Assembly: GCA_050293845.1 (NCBI GenBank)
Contig: JBNKNM010000076.1
Location: 1 to 23,194, forward strand
Direction of reading: 5' to 3'
Source of the DNA: Pseudobacteriovorax sp.
GTDB taxonomy: Bacteria; Bdellovibrionota_B; Oligoflexia; Oligoflexales; Oligoflexaceae
Length of the DNA stretch: 23,194 nt
The translations under genes were made by a program, and so were the position numbers. Shown here one piece after another: positions 1 through 9,115 of the stretch. The notes beneath the pieces were generated by a model. That model saw only the letters and a program-made list of their open reading frames with translations, was not told the origin of the DNA and made no database searches. Every line of letters begins with the position of its first letter. Positions within the stretch are counted from its first letter, which is position 1.

Positions 1-75
1 TGCTAGTGGTCTGGTCAACTAGTCTCCCTTGCGAGTCACCTCACAAGCCCCCTCCTTTAGGTGGGGGTAATTGAC
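1..75 (-). ncRNA. 5' part of an IscB/IsrB-associated omegaRNA (HEARO-like) scaffold, also the terminus of an IS200/IS605-family element; continues beyond the left window edge
   Basis: The minus strand from 75 reads GTCAATTACCCCCACCTAAAGGAGGGGGCTTGTGAGGTGACTCGCAAGGGAGACTAGTTGACCAG. This matches the recalled HEARO/omegaRNA start pattern GTCAA-YACCCC..TAAA..GGGGCTTG....GTTGACCAG. It has a closing stem GUCAAUUA/UAGUUGAC, a hairpin CCCCCACC-UAAA-GGAGGGGG, and a hairpin CUUGUGAG-GUGA-CUCGCAAG with a GNRA loop. The G:U pairs work only on the minus strand. Confidence 0.75.
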
Positions 76-520
76 AGACATCTAGAAAATAATTTAGATC
101 CTGAACTTGGGAGCCTCGCCATGAAGTATCGCTGTTCTCGAAATCAATTGAAAGTGATTAATTGTAAAATTTACTATTTCTGAATTCTAGGGATTTCTAA
201 CCGCTTTTGGGTCTGGTGGTTTTCTTTACTCGGATACGTATTTCTTAACTATCTCTAGTGGAGCACCTTCGCAAGAAATCAGGCAATAACTCGGTGACCA
301 CAAATGACCACCCCATAGCTTGCCATTGATCTAAAAATCGCCTTTGTTAAACTCGTCATTCTCAGGAGTTGCGAAGTTTGATGAAGATGAGATTAACAAT
401 AAGGTTCACATAAGCAAAGAAATTTACTCACCTACCAACTGATATTTTTCGTCTTGCCTATTAAGATTCCTCCCTTAGTTCCGATGAAAATGAGACTGAC
501 CATAAAAATATGGAAATAGA

Positions 521-1573
521 GTGATGGTGTTAGCACCCTACATCGCAATTATAGTTTTATTCGTTGCCAGCCTTAGCTGTACAAAAAAAGCGAACAATGA
601 TCGCGTCCTACTTCCCGCTACAGCTGAACTGGATAATCTTGCGATTTTCGATAGTACCCAGCCGACTCCCCAAAAGCTATCGGAACTGGGAATCTTCGCC
701 GAGCTAAGCCCCCTGACAGCCAATGATGGCCTATTACCTTATATCATCAACCAAGGATACTGGTCTGATGGTGCAGAAAAACGCCGCTGGATATACCTGA
801 AACCAAATGCTCAAGTTAATTTGAATGAGGCAAAGTTTTTAAACCTGCCCAATGAATCTATAGTAATCAAACACTTCGATTTACCCACAGCAGCGGGCCC
901 CCAACCCCTAGAAACTCGTATATTAATAAAAAACGATGATTCTTGGAGGTCGCTTAGCTACCAGTGGAACAGCGGAAAAACTGATGCGGAGCTTATCGAT
1001 GATGTCGTTGAAGAAAATTTTACCTGGGCGTCACCAGAAGGGGGTATCAAGGAAATCAAGTGGTATTTCCCAGCTGGCGAGTGTTACTACTGCCACAACG
1101 AAGTTAGCGACCAAGTCGCAGGCTTAAGCTTAGCACAGCTAGATTTAGCGATCGACTACGGTAACGGTGCCATCAATCAAATAGAGGCTTGGCAAGCACT
1201 GGGCTGGCTGTCACCTGATTTAACTGCCACCCGCACGACACCCAAAAATATTGACGAGACTGTGAGCCTTCGTACCCGGGCGCGTAGCTATCTAGACATC
1301 AATTGTGCTATTTGTCATCGTCCCGGTGGATTTGAAGATACGATTGATCTCCGATTTAACACAGATTTAAGTCCACTTTTGACACAAGCAATAAAATTCG
1401 GTGATTTGGGTATCGATGATGCCAAAATTCTAAGTACCAACCCAGCAAAATCTTTACTTTACCAACGTATGCTGGTTACTGATGAAAATCATATGCCTTA
1501 TATATCAAGCCGAGTCGTCGATGAGGCTGGTTCTGCACTAATAGAGGAATGGCTAAAATCTGGTGATTTTTAG
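521..1573 (+). CDS. Diheme c-type cytochrome lipoprotein (SO2930-family-like)
   Basis: 350-aa ORF with a hydrophobic N-terminus ending in a lipobox-like SLSC. It has two CxxCH heme motifs (CYYCH, CAICH), family-typical WSDGAEKRRW, LETRILI and RARSYLDINC segments, and a C-terminal MP (axial Met). Start is GTG521 or ATG524. Confidence 0.8.
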   Translation: MMVLAPYIAIIVLFVASLSCTKKANNDRVLLPATAELDNLAIFDSTQPTPQKLSELGIFAELSPLTANDGLLPYIINQGYWSDGAEKRRWIYLKPNAQVNLNEAKFLNLPNESIVIKHFDLPTAAGPQPLETRILIKNDDSWRSLSYQWNSGKTDAELIDDVVEENFTWASPEGGIKEIKWYFPAGECYYCHNEVSDQVAGLSLAQLDLAIDYGNGAINQIEAWQALGWLSPDLTATRTTPKNIDETVSLRTRARSYLDINCAICHRPGGFEDTIDLRFNTDLSPLLTQAIKFGDLGIDDAKILSTNPAKSLLYQRMLVTDENHMPYISSRVVDEAGSALIEEWLKSGDF

Positions 1574-1918
1574 CTTTGCGGGGAGTACACCCTCCGGGCA
1601 TGAAAGTTTCATTAAAACGAGGAAAGTATTTTAAATAATTGGCATGGCAAGCCATGTTGTAAGCAATGAGTTCTCTGACCGGAAAACTTTGACGAGCATA
1701 CTGAATCGCTGATGCAAGAATCTTCTTCAACTACTACTGATTGTTCTCTACTTGTAGGGGCGAGATAGTGCTAACTAAGGCATGGTTAAGGCTTCAAGCC
1801 TAGAATGGCCTGAAGCGGAGAGATAGTAACGAAGATCACATATCCGCAACTTTGATCTACTTGCTGTTGCGGCGGTAGATTGTGAAGCTTATAACTTACA
1901 AGACCTTTGAACAAACTA

Positions 1919-3700
1919 CTATAATCTTGTAAAAGCAAACTGTTGATTGTCCTCTCCCTGGTAGGTCCATTGGAGAACATTCGCACCGTTGGTCGTGTGT
2001 CTATCCTCAACATGTAAACTCTTGCCACTATTCCGATTTATAATACTATAGAAGCCATTGCCTAAATCATTAATTTGCCACCGCTGATTAGCTCCGCCCC
2101 AGTATGACCATATCTGAACATTCGCGCCATCTTCAGTTGATTGTTGGTTAACATCGAGCCCATAGTCTGTGGCGGATAAGGGGGATATGCGATAGTAACC
2201 GCTTCCTACATTGGTAACAACAAATTGCTGGTTATCACCTCCCCAATAGTCATACTGCATCAAGTTGTTGTTACTGGAATCTATATCTAGGGATTTTCCG
2301 CTGTGACGGACGGTAATTTTATAAGTAGCTCCTGACACTATTCCTGATGATTCCCCTGAATCAGGAGTAAAATTATAGTCTAGAGTATAAATATTCGTCG
2401 AATTAGCCTGAGGTGCGTAAACGGTCAGGGTACCTTCTTGGTGCAACCTGCTTATATCTATCAAAGGATCGGAAAAGAACCTGCCAGAATCTTGCGTATT
2501 GATAAGAGTCCAGTCATTCCAGCTTTTCTCAGCTGAAGCAGACATAATTCTGATATTTGGAAGTATAGCATACAGATCATTATTGGGAGATACAGCTAGC
2601 TTCCCTCTAAAATTTTTTATCACCCCTAGACCTAAAGAATTTCGCGACCAGATGCCATCCGTATTTCGCCAGTAATGAAAAAACTCACTCTTTCGTCTAG
2701 CACTGACAAAATTAGTGTCATCAGATTGAGTGTCGGACATGTGTGAGAGCAAAACATGCACTCTTCCCATATGGTCGACAGTCATATGCTCCTGATTTAT
2801 TAGCCCTCTATTCTGTGGAATCGACCATACCCTAATTCCTTCAGTTGATCGCCGAACAGGGGAAGAGCCGGTTACCGCTACTCTAAAACCAGCGTTATTT
2901 TTCCAGGTTCTTCCGTCGTCATCACTATAGATATAATAAAGATTAAAGTTTGTAGCAGCATTAGGCGAGCTACGATAACTCCAGGTCATGTGTAGTCTAT
3001 TCCCCCTGTACTCAAGGCCATGGGGATAGGCATTGATGCCATCAGATATACCGTTAATATATGTTCCAATTTCGGTCCACCTACCGTAACCAGTGTATTC
3101 GAACAGTCTCTGATCTCCGTTTCCACTCGCGCCATAGCGGTATTCAAATAGCATGTTGCCGTTTGGGGTCGTAATAAACCTTGGGTATGTAACCTCGGTG
3201 AGAAAAGTGTTACCCAATCGATCGCTAACATGATTAAAGCTTGATTTTGCCCATGGTACAACATCGGGGTTTGTGACAAGCTCAGAGACGGATCTGATAT
3301 AGTGGAGGTCGTCACCATGATGATCAAAAGCAACATGCAATGTACCATCGCTGGGACTAACACCCAGCGAAATAGTATTATGAGCATCATTGGCCGAATT
3401 GGTATAGTCGCTTATTTCGATTTTCTGCCACTGGCCATCTGGTAGTCGCCTTCTGGCCAGGATTACTCTGCGCTCGATATTCCAGAAGCAGGTATATTGA
3501 TAGCCATTGTAAGTAAGTATTCCATCTTGCTGAAAAGACTCTCCATTAAGATAACCCCCATAAGAGACAACAGGTAAGCCAGAATAAGTCATTTGAACAT
3601 CTGCGACTTTCGATATACCCGGTGCTGCTGTCAAATGGGGAACTGCTATAGAAACAAACGTTGACAGCCATACAAGTAACAAAAACTTACAGCCTTTCAT
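1919..3700 (-). CDS. Secreted BNR-4 repeat beta-propeller protein with C-terminal ricin-B (CBM13-like) lectin domain; putative polysaccharide lyase/hydrolase
   Basis: Signal peptide, then FQQDGILTYNGYQY, DAHNTISLG..DGTLHVAFDHH, TYPRF and the Asp-box YSDDDGRTW. The C-terminus has three QxW-type repeats (QYDYWGGDNQQF, QIWSYWGGANQRW, QWTYQGEDNQQF). SD GGAGGG favours ATG3700 over TTG3703. Confidence 0.8.
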   Translation of the reverse strand: MKGCKFLLLVWLSTFVSIAVPHLTAAPGISKVADVQMTYSGLPVVSYGGYLNGESFQQDGILTYNGYQYTCFWNIERRVILARRRLPDGQWQKIEISDYTNSANDAHNTISLGVSPSDGTLHVAFDHHGDDLHYIRSVSELVTNPDVVPWAKSSFNHVSDRLGNTFLTEVTYPRFITTPNGNMLFEYRYGASGNGDQRLFEYTGYGRWTEIGTYINGISDGINAYPHGLEYRGNRLHMTWSYRSSPNAATNFNLYYIYSDDDGRTWKNNAGFRVAVTGSSPVRRSTEGIRVWSIPQNRGLINQEHMTVDHMGRVHVLLSHMSDTQSDDTNFVSARRKSEFFHYWRNTDGIWSRNSLGLGVIKNFRGKLAVSPNNDLYAILPNIRIMSASAEKSWNDWTLINTQDSGRFFSDPLIDISRLHQEGTLTVYAPQANSTNIYTLDYNFTPDSGESSGIVSGATYKITVRHSGKSLDIDSSNNNLMQYDYWGGDNQQFVVTNVGSGYYRISPLSATDYGLDVNQQSTEDGANVQIWSYWGGANQRWQINDLGNGFYSIINRNSGKSLHVEDRHTTNGANVLQWTYQGEDNQQFAFTRL

Positions 3701-3738
3701 CAAGCCCTCCCGGAAAAATCAAATCGTTGATACCTGGC

Positions 3739-3768
3739 AATGTAGCGAGCTATAGCTAGATTTGTCAA
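3739..3768 (-). promoter_or_regulatory. Putative sigma70 promoter of the BNR-4/ricin gene
   Basis: Minus strand TTGACA (3768-3763), 18-nt spacer, TACATT (3744-3739), about 40 nt upstream of the start codon. Confidence 0.4.
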
Positions 3769-3989
3769 TCAGCTAAGTTGAGACTATATGCCATAGTTAT
3801 GGATGCCAGCAAAAACCGCAGTCAACTTTGGGATCATTTTAGTGTCCAGATCGGCTATGCCAAGAACTTTTTCCTCTGCGAATACTTTCTCACCGTTCAA
3901 AGCGAGCAATTTTCTGCAGAGGTTTTAATTTGATTCCTTTGAGTTTTTCCTGAGCTTCGAAAATATAGCTATTGCTGGAATCCCAGTTT

Positions 3990-6143
3990 TTAGCTGCGAC
4001 AGGGGTGACAATGAGATGTTTTCGAGTGATGCTCAATAGTTTGCATATCGATGTGTCGCGTGAGCTTATTTTTAGGTACATAGAAAAAGTCGACGTCTTT
4101 AGCAAACTTGCTGAAATCTTCGTAACGTCCCAGGTTGTTTTGGGGGCGGAAAATCAGTCTGTCCAGCATATCCCTGATATCTTTAAGGCACTGTTCAGGG
4201 TTTTTTCCCGGAGGAGCTATAAGAGGGCAAAGTTCTTGTGCTAGTAAGGAACTGAACTGTGTTGCGGTAGCAAAGTTTGGTTCATCCAGGAACTCCTCAA
4301 TTGGCTTAAGTGCAGCCATGGTTAGCTGATCGAAAGCATCTTTCCCAAGATGGGGAGCTTCTGCAATAACAATGGCCGCTATTTTTGCAGAAGCAATCAA
4401 CAGAAATTCCTGCCACTGCTTAGAAAATGCTTTATAGAGAGACTCTTCGGTATCAAGGTGCGGTAACTGAGTATGCTGACCACTATAGTAGATCGCATGG
4501 CGGATATCTAAGTCATCATGGATTTCGGGAGCATGATCGTGTATCCATTCACCTGTATACGGGTCTAGTGAATACTGATCCAAGAATAAAGGGCCGAAAT
4601 ATGCAATGGCGTTTAATGCTTTAAGGGTGTAGGAAAATTCTTCTTCAGATAGGGTGTAATGAATACCGATGCGGGTCCACCCTGGCTTAAAACCATTGAG
4701 AACGTTAAGAATGAGTTCTACATATCGGTCAGATAAATCCTTTTCAATTCCTAGTAATTCATGGCCGAAAGGTCCGGCACAAGCGCAACCTGATCTTGCT
4801 TGGATACCAAAGAGGTCATTCAGCAGGGCTGCTACCAGGGTATGATGCAGCATCTTATCACCATGTTTTATCAAAAACGAAAAAATGGGGACCCGTAGAT
4901 GGGGATCGGCGTTTCCCAAGAGAGACAGCATGGGGTGCTGTTCCATGAAGGCAATAAAACGTTTGGTGTAAGTTTGATCGATATTCCTTATGGTATCGAA
5001 GCCAATCCATTCCTTGATTTGAAAGGATAGGGCAGCTTGCCAAACCTGCCTAATGGCTGGAGTCCCAGGATACTCACGCTCTTCAATTTTTTCATGAAAA
5101 TGGTATTCCCAAGGAGTTACTGCGGTCACAGTACCACCACCGCCAAAAGAGGGATGAACTGAAGGGTCATAGATGCGGTTCTTGCCTACTAGTAAGCCTA
5201 AGTTGACGCCACCAATATTTTTGTGTGTTGATAGAAAAATGCCATCGATTCCGATTTCATCGATGTTAATCTTTGTATAAGGGCCAGATGCGGCATAATC
5301 TACGAAAAAATAAGCCTCATGCTGTTTGAGAATTTTGCCTATAGCCTTCAGGTCTGTTTCCATGCCCGTTACATTAGAGGCTGCCGAAAAAGAGCCTATT
5401 TTAATATGATTGGAATATTTCTTGAGCTGCTTCTCTAAATCAACTAAGTCGAGATGGTTTGTCATGGGGCCGGTCTTTATTGCTTTGATGCGAACAAAGG
5501 AACATAACGCCGCATCCTGCCAGGTGACATCGTTGGAGTGGTGTTCACTAGGTCCGACAAAAACGACATACTTTTCCCCTAGAAGGTTTTTAAGGTCGAT
5601 ATTAAGAGTTTCGCTAACGTTTTTTTGTCCTTTAGGGGAAAAGTAGAGCCCCAAAATCTTCTGAATTCGTTCGATAGCACCTGTGGCTCCATAACCACAG
5701 GGAATTACAAAGCTATCTTTGCCAGCTCCAACATGATTTCTAATTATGTCAATAGCTTGATGGAATCTTCGGGTCGAACTTTTGCCAGTAGCTGATGTTT
5801 CTGTATGGGTGTTGGCATAGGTTCGCAAAAAATCTTTGATATAGCTTTCAATAAACTCCAAACCTTGGGCAGAGGCTGTATAATCTAAGTGCAATAACGT
5901 TTTGTAGGGCAATCCTTTCAAGTTACCAGGGCTGCCTGTGAAAAAATTGGGGGAGGGGATGAGAGATAAACGTCCTAATTTATTTTGACGTAGAAAACTG
6001 AGCTTGCGCTCAGGGCTCCAATAACGCATGAGGTCTGGGCTCTCAGGCTTTTTGTAGGTGATCGTTGCCTGGCCATCGAGCCACTGAGAAATTTGCGGAA
6101 GAATCTCATGATTTGCCTGTGTTTCTAAAAACTTAGTCGTCAT
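3990..6143 (-). CDS. Aminotransferase class V-fold PLP-dependent enzyme (cysteine desulfurase-like) with N- and C-terminal extensions
   Basis: Motifs LDYTAS, YANTHT, GATGAI, EHHSND, SAASNVTG, VDYAA, STHKNIGG (PLP lysine), GGGTV, PGTPAI and GIQARSGCACAGP (active-site Cys loop). Confidence 0.85.
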   Translation of the reverse strand: MTTKFLETQANHEILPQISQWLDGQATITYKKPESPDLMRYWSPERKLSFLRQNKLGRLSLIPSPNFFTGSPGNLKGLPYKTLLHLDYTASAQGLEFIESYIKDFLRTYANTHTETSATGKSSTRRFHQAIDIIRNHVGAGKDSFVIPCGYGATGAIERIQKILGLYFSPKGQKNVSETLNIDLKNLLGEKYVVFVGPSEHHSNDVTWQDAALCSFVRIKAIKTGPMTNHLDLVDLEKQLKKYSNHIKIGSFSAASNVTGMETDLKAIGKILKQHEAYFFVDYAASGPYTKINIDEIGIDGIFLSTHKNIGGVNLGLLVGKNRIYDPSVHPSFGGGGTVTAVTPWEYHFHEKIEEREYPGTPAIRQVWQAALSFQIKEWIGFDTIRNIDQTYTKRFIAFMEQHPMLSLLGNADPHLRVPIFSFLIKHGDKMLHHTLVAALLNDLFGIQARSGCACAGPFGHELLGIEKDLSDRYVELILNVLNGFKPGWTRIGIHYTLSEEEFSYTLKALNAIAYFGPLFLDQYSLDPYTGEWIHDHAPEIHDDLDIRHAIYYSGQHTQLPHLDTEESLYKAFSKQWQEFLLIASAKIAAIVIAEAPHLGKDAFDQLTMAALKPIEEFLDEPNFATATQFSSLLAQELCPLIAPPGKNPEQCLKDIRDMLDRLIFRPQNNLGRYEDFSKFAKDVDFFYVPKNKLTRHIDMQTIEHHSKTSHCHPCRS

Positions 6144-6512
6144 ATACTCACCCTAATTCAACCTGTAAAACTACGATGCGGAAGTATGCCTCAATTTTAG
6201 AGGTATGGATAGGGGGTCTTAGCTACAGAGGACTTTGATACAGCCTATCCCTTGCAGGTTGTACCCAGACGTGAAAATGGCCCCGTTCAGTGTGGTTTCG
6301 GCAAAAAATCGTCTTAATTAATGGGGCTAACTGCAGTTATTTTGCCTCACACCTTGATCAGGTGCATTTTTTGCATCCATTTATCTAAAGTACCCCATCT
6401 GAATTTTCAAACTTGGCTGTAACTGGAAGATTGTCAAACTTAGGTAAATAAAGACATAGTGGACTAACAGTATAAGAAGGAAAGGGGTAACCTAATAGTA
6501 GGAGGGATGCAT

Positions 6513-7157
6513 ATGGAAAGCCAATATTGTCACAAAGAAGAACGCTTGAACACTTTAACCCATGGCTTGGGTTTCTTGTTAAGTATCGTCGGTTTTGTAC
6601 TACTGATTGACCGTGGCTTCGATTTTTCAAATAAGGCTTATCTTTGGAGTGTGGTGATCTTTGGGATCTCCTTGATGTTTGTCTACGGTAGCTCCACTAT
6701 TTATCATGGGGTCAAGAATCAAAATGCTAAGCGAGTTTGCAAAATTATCGACCATGTGGCTATTTATTTCCTAATTGCAGGTACTTACACTCCATTTACG
6801 GTGGTAACCCTGGGAGATAAGTGGGGGGTGGTTATGCTTGTCGCTATCTGGACATTAGCTGTACTGGGCTCGATTTTTAAGATATTCTTCACTGGTCGTT
6901 TCAATGTTATTTCAACTTTGCTTTATATTGGTATGGGTTGGTTAGCGTTGTTTATCATCAAACCTATTATCGCATCACTTCCCTGGGACGGATTCTTACT
7001 GCTTTCATGGGGTGGAATTATCTATACCTTGGGTACAGCATTTTACCTTTTGGATAGAATGCCATACAACCATGCGATCTGGCACTCTTTTGTCATTGGT
7101 GGAAGCCTCTTGCATTTTCTTTCTATTTTTTATTATGTCGTACCAGCGGTGAGCTAG
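6513..7157 (+). CDS. Hemolysin III / PAQR-family membrane protein (YqfA/TrhA-like)
   Basis: EE..NTLTHG, SSTIYH, DHVAIYFLIAGTYTPF and HAIWHSFV motifs, with about 7 hydrophobic segments. SD AGGAGG at 6500-6505 favours ATG6513. Confidence 0.92.
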   Translation: MESQYCHKEERLNTLTHGLGFLLSIVGFVLLIDRGFDFSNKAYLWSVVIFGISLMFVYGSSTIYHGVKNQNAKRVCKIIDHVAIYFLIAGTYTPFTVVTLGDKWGVVMLVAIWTLAVLGSIFKIFFTGRFNVISTLLYIGMGWLALFIIKPIIASLPWDGFLLLSWGGIIYTLGTAFYLLDRMPYNHAIWHSFVIGGSLLHFLSIFYYVVPAVS

Positions 7158-7705
7158 TACTCTTTTGGTGTGAGCCACTGTCGGAAGAGAGCCTGAACTT
7201 GCGTCCGTCCCATATTACGTAGCTTAATCTTGTTGTTTTCCGGGATACTCTGGATATCTTTGTAAACGTCTACAGCGCGACTGATATCTGCTTCGTTGAT
7301 GATATGGATCATGGGAACAGGAGAACGGTTGGTATAGTTTTCGATAGCATCAGGCTTAGCATCAGCAAAAACGTAATCGGGATGGAAACTAGCAACTTGA
7401 AAGCGGCCCCGGTATGGCGAGGCTTCAATGAGGCTTTCGATCTGATAATATACCTGAAGAAATGCATCAAAACTTGCTAACTCAGGTAACATTACAAGAC
7501 TAGTGGTTTCTTTTCCCAGCTTTTGGTCGAGATATCCAATTTCATCAATAACGCGTCTGCTAATAACCTCAAATTCTTTGTGGTTCTCCCAAACAAATTT
7601 AATTTTATCACTGCGAAGCACTGGCTCTGCAAAAGGGCAGAGCCTCAGGCCGATTACGGCCTCTTGTAACCATTGTATGACAGCCTGTTGCAAGTCTTTC
7701 ATCAT
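7154..7705 (-). CDS. DUF1415-family protein
   Basis: WL..AVIGLRLCPFA, ETTSLV, FQVASFHPDY.F and NYTNRSPVPMIHI motifs. Convergent with the hemolysin III gene with a 4-nt stop overlap. Confidence 0.88.
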   Translation of the reverse strand: MMKDLQQAVIQWLQEAVIGLRLCPFAEPVLRSDKIKFVWENHKEFEVISRRVIDEIGYLDQKLGKETTSLVMLPELASFDAFLQVYYQIESLIEASPYRGRFQVASFHPDYVFADAKPDAIENYTNRSPVPMIHIINEADISRAVDVYKDIQSIPENNKIKLRNMGRTQVQALFRQWLTPKEY

Positions 7706-7729
7706 TATACCAGAACGAGGTTAAAGGTA

Positions 7730-7939
7730 TTAGTTTTGTCTTTTGAAGCTTTCGCGTTTTTCAACATATTTGATTTGGAGATTGAGTTGAGTGATCTTTG
7801 ACTGCAAGTGCCTCCATTGGGGGTCGTTTTTAAATCTTTTCGGATCAATTTTGTGTTCTTTCAGTTTTTGCTCGTATTTTTCCAGTTTTTTATGAGCCAG
7901 CTGTTGTTGGTACTCGACAACAGCACGTTTTTTTGCCAT
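7730..7939 (-). CDS. Small basic, probably coiled-coil hypothetical protein (69 aa)
   Basis: Strong SD (GGAGGGAG) immediately upstream of ATG, K/Q/E-rich helical composition, co-oriented 24 nt upstream of DUF1415. Confidence 0.7.
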   Translation of the reverse strand: MAKKRAVVEYQQQLAHKKLEKYEQKLKEHKIDPKRFKNDPQWRHLQSKITQLNLQIKYVEKRESFKRQN

Positions 7940-8382
7940 ACTCCCTCCAAGTAACGCGGATTAAATGTAGGATGATTCTAACTTTGATAGCCAGAAAGTC
8001 ATCTGTTTTTTGCATCATGCCAGCTAGTTTTTTTAGCCATTGGCAAGATATACAAATCTAGCTATTAGTAGGACAGCTAACACATAGACGATCCAGATAA
8101 CTTCCTTAGCCCTTTGGAGAGGGTAAAAATCACCAGATGGGAATAATGTCCGCTGATATGCCATTGGCAAAAGGTTAAGAGCATCGTGATGGGGTTGGTG
8201 AGCTTTTTTCCTTCCCTATTAATCGACCCGCTTATAAGCTGATTGCTTAAACATAGAAATGCAAGAACCTAGAGATACTGATCGATAAGAGAGTCATAGT
8301 TTTTCCAGAAAATGTCAGCAAGGAACACCATTTGGTATGAACCTAGAGGACGTCTTGCTATTAGGTGTCAAAGGATTATGTC

Positions 8383-8411
8383 TTGACTTTAAAATTGACC
8401 ATACATAGGCT
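8383..8411 (+). promoter_or_regulatory. Putative sigma70 promoter for the allA-fusion operon
   Basis: TTGACT (8383-8388), 17-nt spacer, TAGGCT (8406-8411), about 140 nt upstream of allA. Confidence 0.45.
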
Positions 8412-8551
8412 GTAAAAACCTTTGTAGGTATAGTCATTTCACCGGTGGCGAAGAAAGTTGAACAAAATGATCGCGAAATCTCGGTTTTTTAGGTCCGAGT
8501 CGTTCACTCCTTTGGTATAAAGGCCAGTTCCAATATTAAGGGGAGGCGGGA

Positions 8552-9097
8552 ATGATAAAAAAAAGAAATGCAACAAGTTCAAATAGCAAACCCATAAGTA
8601 TTCCTAAAGTTGTACCACAGCCACTTGATAGGAAAAATTTTTCGCCCTTTGGCGAGGTCATTACTTGGAAAGGAAATGAAGTAGGTCTCACGATTAACCG
8701 TGGATTTGGTGAGCGGATTCACAGTTTAGCTCAAGTTGATATCGGTGATGGAGGGGGAGAGGCTATCATCAGTATCATTAAAGCTAAATGTATGCCACAG
8801 CCTCTTGCCATTACTATGATGGAGCGCCATCCTTTGGGATCTCAAGCCTTTATCCCACTGAGTCCTGATCCCTTCTTGGTAGTGGTCGCACCGCAGGGGA
8901 AATTTGACCCCCAGGCTATTAAGGTTTTTATGACTAATGGCTATCAAGGGGTCAACTACAGACGCGGGGTTTGGCATCATTTCTGTCTGCCCTTTACCAA
9001 TGATATGGACTTCCTTATCGTCGATCGGGAAGGAGATGGTCACAATTGTGACGAAATCGAATTGCAAGCTCCCTATCGGTTGATTATTGATATTTAA
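8552..9097 (+). CDS. allA: Ureidoglycolate lyase
   Basis: PL...FSPFGEVI, MERHPLGSQAFIPL, FLVVVAP, QGVNYRRGVWHH and FLIVDREG...NCDE motifs. SD GGGGAGG. Lies in the purine cluster. Confidence 0.93.
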   Translation: MIKKRNATSSNSKPISIPKVVPQPLDRKNFSPFGEVITWKGNEVGLTINRGFGERIHSLAQVDIGDGGGEAIISIIKAKCMPQPLAITMMERHPLGSQAFIPLSPDPFLVVVAPQGKFDPQAIKVFMTNGYQGVNYRRGVWHHFCLPFTNDMDFLIVDREGDGHNCDEIELQAPYRLIIDI

Positions 9098-9115
9098 CAG
9101 CTAGAAGTGTGACTT

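Noticed and set aside
1558..1572. 15-nt match ATCTGGTGATTTTTA to the minus strand near 8124-8138
   Set aside because: A single 15-mer match is about what chance predicts in a 23-kb two-strand comparison, and there is no extended similarity.
1476..1730. 84-aa minus-strand ORF (KKILASAIQYARQSFPVRELIAYNM...), considered as a possible transposase fragment
   Set aside because: TTG start directly after two stop codons, no SD, overlaps the cytochrome gene by ~100 nt, and no convincing catalytic motif. It could be a decayed fragment but cannot be supported without a search.
8033..8164. Small minus-strand ORF MAYQRTLFPSGDFYPLQRAKEVIWIVYVLAVLLIARFVYLANG with a hydrophobic stretch
   Set aside because: No Shine-Dalgarno upstream, and hydrophobic runs arise easily in AT-rich DNA.
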